In this document: one piece after another, positions 58,278 through 63,365 of the stretch
Position numbering within the stretch: position 1 is the stretch's first letter
Layout: each line of letters begins with the position of its first letter
From: Smithellaceae bacterium
GTDB lineage: Bacteria > Desulfobacterota > Syntrophia > Syntrophales > Smithellaceae
Assembly (NCBI GenBank): GCA_035448625.1
Contig: DAOTJI010000004.1
Coordinates: 1 to 63,365, forward strand
Direction: 5' to 3'
Length of the DNA: 63,365 bases
Notes under the pieces: generated by a model
Told to the model about the DNA's origin: nothing
Databases searched by the model: none
The model's input: only the letters and a program-made list of their open reading frames with translations
Program-made: the position numbers and the translations under genes

Positions 58278-59813
58278 ATGAAGCCAGAGTTTGCCAGCAT
58301 CAGAGAAATGGTGGAAACACAGGGACGCCGCTATCCGGACAGGATCGCCATCCGATTTTACGAACGGGACATCACCTATCGCGAGCTGGATGAACAGAGC
58401 AGCCGCGTGGCCAACGGTCTTCTCAAGCTGGGGGTTGAAAAGGGAGACAGGGTCTGTCTGCTCATGGACAACAGTCCTGAATTTTACTATGTTTATTTCG
58501 GAATCGTCAAAGCCGGCGGCGTCGCAGGCCCGGTCAACTGCTGGTGGCAGACCGCGGAAATTCGTTATCTGTTGAAAGATTCCGGGGCCGTGGCCCTGTT
58601 TTGCGATCACAACTATCGGGGACTCGTCGATCAGATCATCGGCGACACGCCGGATCTTCAGCACGTCATCGAACGGGAAGCGGCCGACAATCGTTTTCTG
58701 CCGTTCGAAAAAATGCTGACGGAGCCGGCGGATCCTGTCGGGACGGAGATCAGCCCCGACGACATCTCCACGATCGTCTACACGTCAGGAACCACGGGAA
58801 ACCCGAAGGGGGTTCTGCTCACCCACAGGAATATTCTGACCAACTCCTGGCAGGCCAGTCTGCTCGCCAACATCGACGAGAATGATGTCATTTTGTGCTT
58901 TCTGCCGCTCTTCCACGTCAACGGCCTCGTGATTACCGGAACATCCCCCCTGAGCAAAGGCTCCCAGATCGTTTTGCGCCGCAATTTCTCCGCCTCGGAG
59001 TTCTGGGAATGCGTCGCGAAATACCGCGTGTCGATCTTCAGCGGTGTACCGACCGTGTACCAGATTCTGCTCAACACACCGGGCTTTGAGGGATTGGACG
59101 TGTCGTCGCTGCGCTACGGCGTTTGCGGCGCGGCCCCCATGCCGGTGGAGACCATCCGCAAATTTGAGGAAACGTTCAACATGATCATCATTGAAGGCTA
59201 CGGGCTGACGGAAAGCACGGCCGGAGCAACGGCCAATCCCATCAACGGTGTCCGAAAAATCGGCTCCATCGGAATTCCGTTTGCAGGAACCGAAATTCGG
59301 ATTCTGGACGATGAAGACCGGGAAGTCCCGCAGGGAGACGTGGGAGAAATTTGCATTCGGGGCGACCATGTCATGAAAGGCTACTTCAACAAACCGGAGG
59401 ACACCGCCCAGACCCTGCGCGGCGGATGGCTCCACACGGGAGATATGGCCTATAAAGACGAGGACGGATACCTGTTCATTGTGGACCGGAAAAAGGAAAT
59501 GATCATCCGGGGCGGTGAAAACATCTATCCCAAAGAGCTGGAGGGCATCATCTGCCGTCATCCCGACGTCGCGGAAGTCGCGGTGGTCGGAGTCCCCGAT
59601 CCGATCTACGGGGAAGAGGTGATGGCCTGCCTCGTTCTCCATCCGGACCGGACGATCTCAGAGGAAGCCTTTCAAAACTGGTGCCGGGAGAACATGGCGT
59701 CTTATAAGGTGCCGAAATACGTTAATATCCGCTCATCCCTGCCCAGAAACCTTCTGGGGAAACTCCTCAAGAAGGAGCTGAAAGCCGCCCTGAAGTCGGA
59801 AGGGAAAATCTGA
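58278..59813 (+). CDS. AMP-forming acyl-CoA synthetase / ligase (ANL superfamily)
   Basis: YTSGTTGNPKGV AMP-binding motif, GYGLTE, TGDMAYKDEDGYLFIVDRKK and a C-terminal Lys region. RBS AAGGAG. Confidence 0.9.
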   Translation: MKPEFASIREMVETQGRRYPDRIAIRFYERDITYRELDEQSSRVANGLLKLGVEKGDRVCLLMDNSPEFYYVYFGIVKAGGVAGPVNCWWQTAEIRYLLKDSGAVALFCDHNYRGLVDQIIGDTPDLQHVIEREAADNRFLPFEKMLTEPADPVGTEISPDDISTIVYTSGTTGNPKGVLLTHRNILTNSWQASLLANIDENDVILCFLPLFHVNGLVITGTSPLSKGSQIVLRRNFSASEFWECVAKYRVSIFSGVPTVYQILLNTPGFEGLDVSSLRYGVCGAAPMPVETIRKFEETFNMIIIEGYGLTESTAGATANPINGVRKIGSIGIPFAGTEIRILDDEDREVPQGDVGEICIRGDHVMKGYFNKPEDTAQTLRGGWLHTGDMAYKDEDGYLFIVDRKKEMIIRGGENIYPKELEGIICRHPDVAEVAVVGVPDPIYGEEVMACLVLHPDRTISEEAFQNWCRENMASYKVPKYVNIRSSLPRNLLGKLLKKELKAALKSEGKI

Positions 59814-59870
59814 CCGTGGCCAACCGGTGATCTGCAAGCAGGGATCATTACCCCTTTAAAGGAGGCAGCG

Positions 59871-61097
59871 ATGAAAATATCTTCGATTGAGCTTTATCAT
59901 GTACAGGTTCCCTTGAAAGAAACCTTTTGGCCGACATGGATCCCCGGCTATCCGCAGACGCACAACGGGTTTACCCTGATCAAACTGGTCACGGACGACG
60001 GCATTGAAGGGTATTCCGCAGGCTCCGCTCTGGGACTTGAGCGTGAAGGCCTGGGCGACCTGATCGGCGGATACCTGCTGGGCGCGGACCCGACCGACAT
60101 CGAATCGGTGCAGGCCCTGTTGAAGCAGGCCGGCATCCTGGGATGGAGAAATTTCTGGATCGAGCCGGCCTGCTGGGACATCATCGGCAAAAGCAAGGGA
60201 AAGCCCGTCTATGAACTTCTGGGAGGAGAAAAAAGGCCCATCGAGGTGTACTGTTCCACCGGAGAAATGCACGAACCGGAAAAGAGAGTGGAAGAGCTCC
60301 TGGCCATGAAAGAACGCGGGTTCAAAACGGCAAAACTGCGGGTCAAAAACAAGGAGCTCAGGGATGACATCCGTCACATCGAGGTCATCCGGAAAGGCAT
60401 CGGAGACCGTCTGGTCTTAGGGGTGGACGCCAATCAGGGTTGGCTGGTGACGATTGTCGATAAAATCCCCGCGTGGGATCTGAAGCGCGCGACGGAGTTT
60501 GCCGAAGTCTGCGCCGCGAACGACATCTCGTGGCTGGAGGAACCGCTGGATTCGCGGGATTACGACGGCAATGCCGCCCTGAAGAAAATTTCCAGAGTCA
60601 AAATCTCCGGCGCCGAACTCAACTACGGATGGGATGAAATCAAGATCATGTTCGAAAAGGACTGCTTCCACATTTACCAGCCTGACGCAACCTTCGCCGG
60701 GGGAATTGCCCAGGTGAAGAAAGTGATTGACGCCAGCCACGCCCATCAGCGGGAGTATTCCCCCCACACCTGGACCAACGGGATCGGTTTTTACATCAAC
60801 TGGAACCTCGTGCTCGCCGACAAAGGCAATACCCTTCCCCTGGAATATCCCCTGGAGGAGCCTTCCTGGGTGCCGGAACAAAGAGAAGGCATCATCGATC
60901 CGATCCTTCCCGACCGGAACGCGATGCTCGCGCCGTTTGAAAAGCCGGGTCTGGGATTTGAGATCAACCAAAGCCTGCTGAACAAATACGGAAAGCGGTT
61001 TTTCAAACTGACGGAGCTGCGGCAGAAAATCAAGGTGATCCGCCAGAAAGGACTGAAGACCGCCCTGGCGCTCAAGAAAAGAAAAGAAGCCCAGTAG
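59871..61097 (+). CDS. Enolase-superfamily enzyme, mandelate racemase/muconate lactonizing family (MR-like subgroup)
   Basis: AKLRVK (KxK), VDANQGW, LEEP, GAE, QPD and PHTW ligand/catalytic positions are in the expected order. There is an unusual Lys/Arg-rich C-terminal ~35 aa. Confidence 0.88.
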   Translation: MKISSIELYHVQVPLKETFWPTWIPGYPQTHNGFTLIKLVTDDGIEGYSAGSALGLEREGLGDLIGGYLLGADPTDIESVQALLKQAGILGWRNFWIEPACWDIIGKSKGKPVYELLGGEKRPIEVYCSTGEMHEPEKRVEELLAMKERGFKTAKLRVKNKELRDDIRHIEVIRKGIGDRLVLGVDANQGWLVTIVDKIPAWDLKRATEFAEVCAANDISWLEEPLDSRDYDGNAALKKISRVKISGAELNYGWDEIKIMFEKDCFHIYQPDATFAGGIAQVKKVIDASHAHQREYSPHTWTNGIGFYINWNLVLADKGNTLPLEYPLEEPSWVPEQREGIIDPILPDRNAMLAPFEKPGLGFEINQSLLNKYGKRFFKLTELRQKIKVIRQKGLKTALALKKRKEAQ

Positions 61098-61124
61098 CCC
61101 GTGAAGGGCTCCGGAGGATCCGCC

Positions 61125-63263
61125 ATGAAAAAGCCTCTGAAAATCGCCGTCATCATCCTTGCCGTCCTTCTCGCCGCCATCGTTGCCGTCTCCGTGCTGA
61201 TCAAGTCCTTTCTGACGGAAGAGAGGGTGCGCGCACTCGTTGTGAAGACGGTGGAAAAGTCGCTTCACCGCAAGACCGTGATCGGCGCGGTTGACGTCAG
61301 CCTCTTTCGGGGAATCGTTGTCCGGGATTTTGAAATCCGCGAGCGGGACGCCGAGTCCGTCTTTTTCAGAGCAAAGGAATTTGTTCTGGCGTATCGGCTT
61401 CTGCCCCTGCTGACCGGCAAGCTGATGATCGATCAACTGAGCATCACGGACGCCGATATCAACGTGAAGGTCAACCCCGACGGCACCTATAATTTTTCCG
61501 ACATGGCCCGGACGGATAAGCCCGAGGAGATCAAAGAAGAAGAGAAAGGCGCTTCGGGGCTTCCGGTCGCCCTGAGTGTGAAAACCATCAGGATCGAAAA
61601 CGCAAAGCTCGGCTACACGGATCCAGCGGGAAAACTGCAGAAAGCGGATGTCGTTCTCCAGGCGGAGCTGATCCTCGCCGGGCATTCGGCAACCGCCCTT
61701 TCCTCCTCCGGATCGTTCGAGGTCACACTGGTTCAGGCGGTGCTCAAGGACAAAAAGACGACACTGAAAGACCTCCGGACAAAGGCCCGCTATCGTCTGG
61801 ACGTGGACATGGAAGCGAAGCAGCTTGCGATTCATTCCGTCGATCTGGATATTTTGAAAATCCCCGTCAATATTTCAGGCACGTTCAACTACGCAACGCC
61901 CACCACGTATGATCTGGCCGTCAAGGTGCCGGAATACAATCTCTCGCAAATCCCTCCGGACCTCGCCTCCGCCTTCCTCCCCGGGGGAATAACCTTGGGC
62001 GGAAATATATCGATCCTCCTTCATCTTGCCAAAAAAGCCGGTGCGGAAAATTCCGCGGAAATCGACGGCCAGATCAGGATGAACCGGACCTCCTTAACCA
62101 ATCAGCGTCTGAACCTTGTTTTGGATGGGATCGTGAAACTGACGCAGGATGTAATCCGGCTGGAGAGTGTAAAGCTCATCGCCGGCCGCAATGCAGCCGA
62201 CATTTCCGGAGCGGTGAAAAACTACCGGGAGACCCCCGACATCACCGTCAACGTCCAAAGCAAATTCATCTCTCTCGATGACCTTCTGGTTCCCGCCCCC
62301 GCTTCCGCCAAATCGCGGGAAACGGCAGGCAGCGTCAAAGATGAAAAAAGTGCCGCCGTCAAAAAAGAGCTGGAGCCGATGGACTTGAAGCTGAAAGTCA
62401 ACGCATCACTGGACATCGATAAAACCAGCTACAAGGGAATTTCCATCACCGGCTTCCGCTCCCGGTATGAGCTCAAAAACAATATCTTCACCATTCCATA
62501 CCTGAAAGGCAATACGCTGAGCGGCGCCTTTGCGCTCAGTGGAGCCGTCAACCTGGCGCAAAAAGGAACCCGGTACAATCTCCACGCGGACCTCTCCGGC
62601 GTCCGGGTGGAAGAGCTGGTCCAGATCGCCGCGCCCAAAGCAAAGGGCGTAATTTCCGGAGTGCTGTCCGGCAAGGCGGAGTTTGCCGGCGCGGGCACGC
62701 TTTCCGAAAACATCAAGCGCAACCTGAAAGGAAACGGCAAATTCGTGATTCAGAAGGGAACCTTGAAGAATGCCGAAATCATCACCGGCCTTCTGGTTAT
62801 CCTCGGGCTCACCCAGATGAAGGAAATCCCCATCGACAAAGCCGACAGCACCTTCACCATTGCCGACGGGATCGTAAATCTCAAAACACTGATCGGCAGC
62901 AAAGACATGATGATCGATGAAAAGGGAACGATCGGAATGGACCAAAAGCTGGACCTCGGCGTTCTGGTCAAGGTTTCCGACCGTCTCGCGCCCGGCATGG
63001 TCAGCCGGTCGTCCGTCGCCCGGTTTCTTTCCGGCGAAAAGGGATGGACCGGCGTGCCGCTGAAAGTTGAAGGCACCCTCTCCAAGCCGACCTACGGCAT
63101 CGACACGAAAGCCGTCGGCAAAACAGTTTCGGAAGGCCTGCAGAAAAGGGCCGGCGAGGAGCTGCGCAATATTCTGCCGAAAGACCGAAAGCCGTCCGCC
63201 GCGGACCAAAAGGACAAAAACGCAGACCGCAAAAACCTGATCAGGGATATCTTCGGCAAATAG
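61125..63263 (+). CDS. AsmA-family envelope protein
   Basis: N-terminal TM MKKPLKIAVIILAVLLAAIV, then a long beta-rich repetitive body, ~712 aa. RBS GGAGG. Starts 28 nt after the enolase-family stop. Confidence 0.8.
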   Translation: MKKPLKIAVIILAVLLAAIVAVSVLIKSFLTEERVRALVVKTVEKSLHRKTVIGAVDVSLFRGIVVRDFEIRERDAESVFFRAKEFVLAYRLLPLLTGKLMIDQLSITDADINVKVNPDGTYNFSDMARTDKPEEIKEEEKGASGLPVALSVKTIRIENAKLGYTDPAGKLQKADVVLQAELILAGHSATALSSSGSFEVTLVQAVLKDKKTTLKDLRTKARYRLDVDMEAKQLAIHSVDLDILKIPVNISGTFNYATPTTYDLAVKVPEYNLSQIPPDLASAFLPGGITLGGNISILLHLAKKAGAENSAEIDGQIRMNRTSLTNQRLNLVLDGIVKLTQDVIRLESVKLIAGRNAADISGAVKNYRETPDITVNVQSKFISLDDLLVPAPASAKSRETAGSVKDEKSAAVKKELEPMDLKLKVNASLDIDKTSYKGISITGFRSRYELKNNIFTIPYLKGNTLSGAFALSGAVNLAQKGTRYNLHADLSGVRVEELVQIAAPKAKGVISGVLSGKAEFAGAGTLSENIKRNLKGNGKFVIQKGTLKNAEIITGLLVILGLTQMKEIPIDKADSTFTIADGIVNLKTLIGSKDMMIDEKGTIGMDQKLDLGVLVKVSDRLAPGMVSRSSVARFLSGEKGWTGVPLKVEGTLSKPTYGIDTKAVGKTVSEGLQKRAGEELRNILPKDRKPSAADQKDKNADRKNLIRDIFGK

Positions 63264-63365
63264 GATCCGGCGAGAGCAGCCTCTCTCTCCTTTGGTTCGG
63301 CCGGTTTATCTTTTTCGCATCGGAAAAAATAGAGAGACTTTTGTGCCGCGTCCCAACTGGCTTTC

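Noticed and set aside
57975-58664. 229-aa minus-strand ORF spanning the divergent promoter region and the 5' end of the acyl-CoA synthetase gene
   Set aside because: It is antisense to a gene with a clear AMP-binding motif, it would run through the TTGACA/TATACT promoter, and it has no RBS or motif.

Overview
GC-rich bacterial chromosomal window of about 56 protein genes. I found no rRNA, tRNA, CRISPR array, transposase or integrase. Gene content and order suggest a Deltaproteobacteria/Desulfobacterota-type anaerobe (inference only). Roughly 1-46.7 kb is recognisable housekeeping. It holds a complete minus-strand dcw cell-division/cell-wall cluster (mraZ-rsmH-ftsL-ftsI-murE::murF-mraY-murD-ftsW-murG-murC-murB-ftsQ-ftsA-ftsZ) with a fused MurE-MurF ORF, no ddl, and a clear promoter plus predicted MraZ operator. 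After it come mltG, ruvX, selB, a YhaM-like nuclease, a CDF transporter, an epmB-efp-epmA EF-P beta-lysylation module, a full tolQRAB-pal-cpoB cluster, envelope lipoprotein/TPR/YibQ/Ctp genes, cysS, argC, rpsI-rplM, lptD and folC. The last ~16 kb (46.9-63.3 kb) looks accessory. It contains a Liv-type ABC importer operon with a two-subunit glutaconate-type CoA-transferase embedded in it, a separately terminated long acyl-CoA dehydrogenase, and a 637-bp non-coding gap with a recurring AACGGYTT motif. It also carries a divergent TetR gene, a DUF169 gene, and an acyl-CoA synthetase/enolase-superfamily/AsmA unit behind a strong promoter and a ~200-nt structured leader. That island is my best candidate for an uncharacterised organic-acid uptake/CoA-activation system, but nothing in the window resembles a defence or mobile system, so the claim is modest. 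The many long ORFs in the track that lie antisense or out of frame to these genes are treated as GC-driven shadow ORFs.
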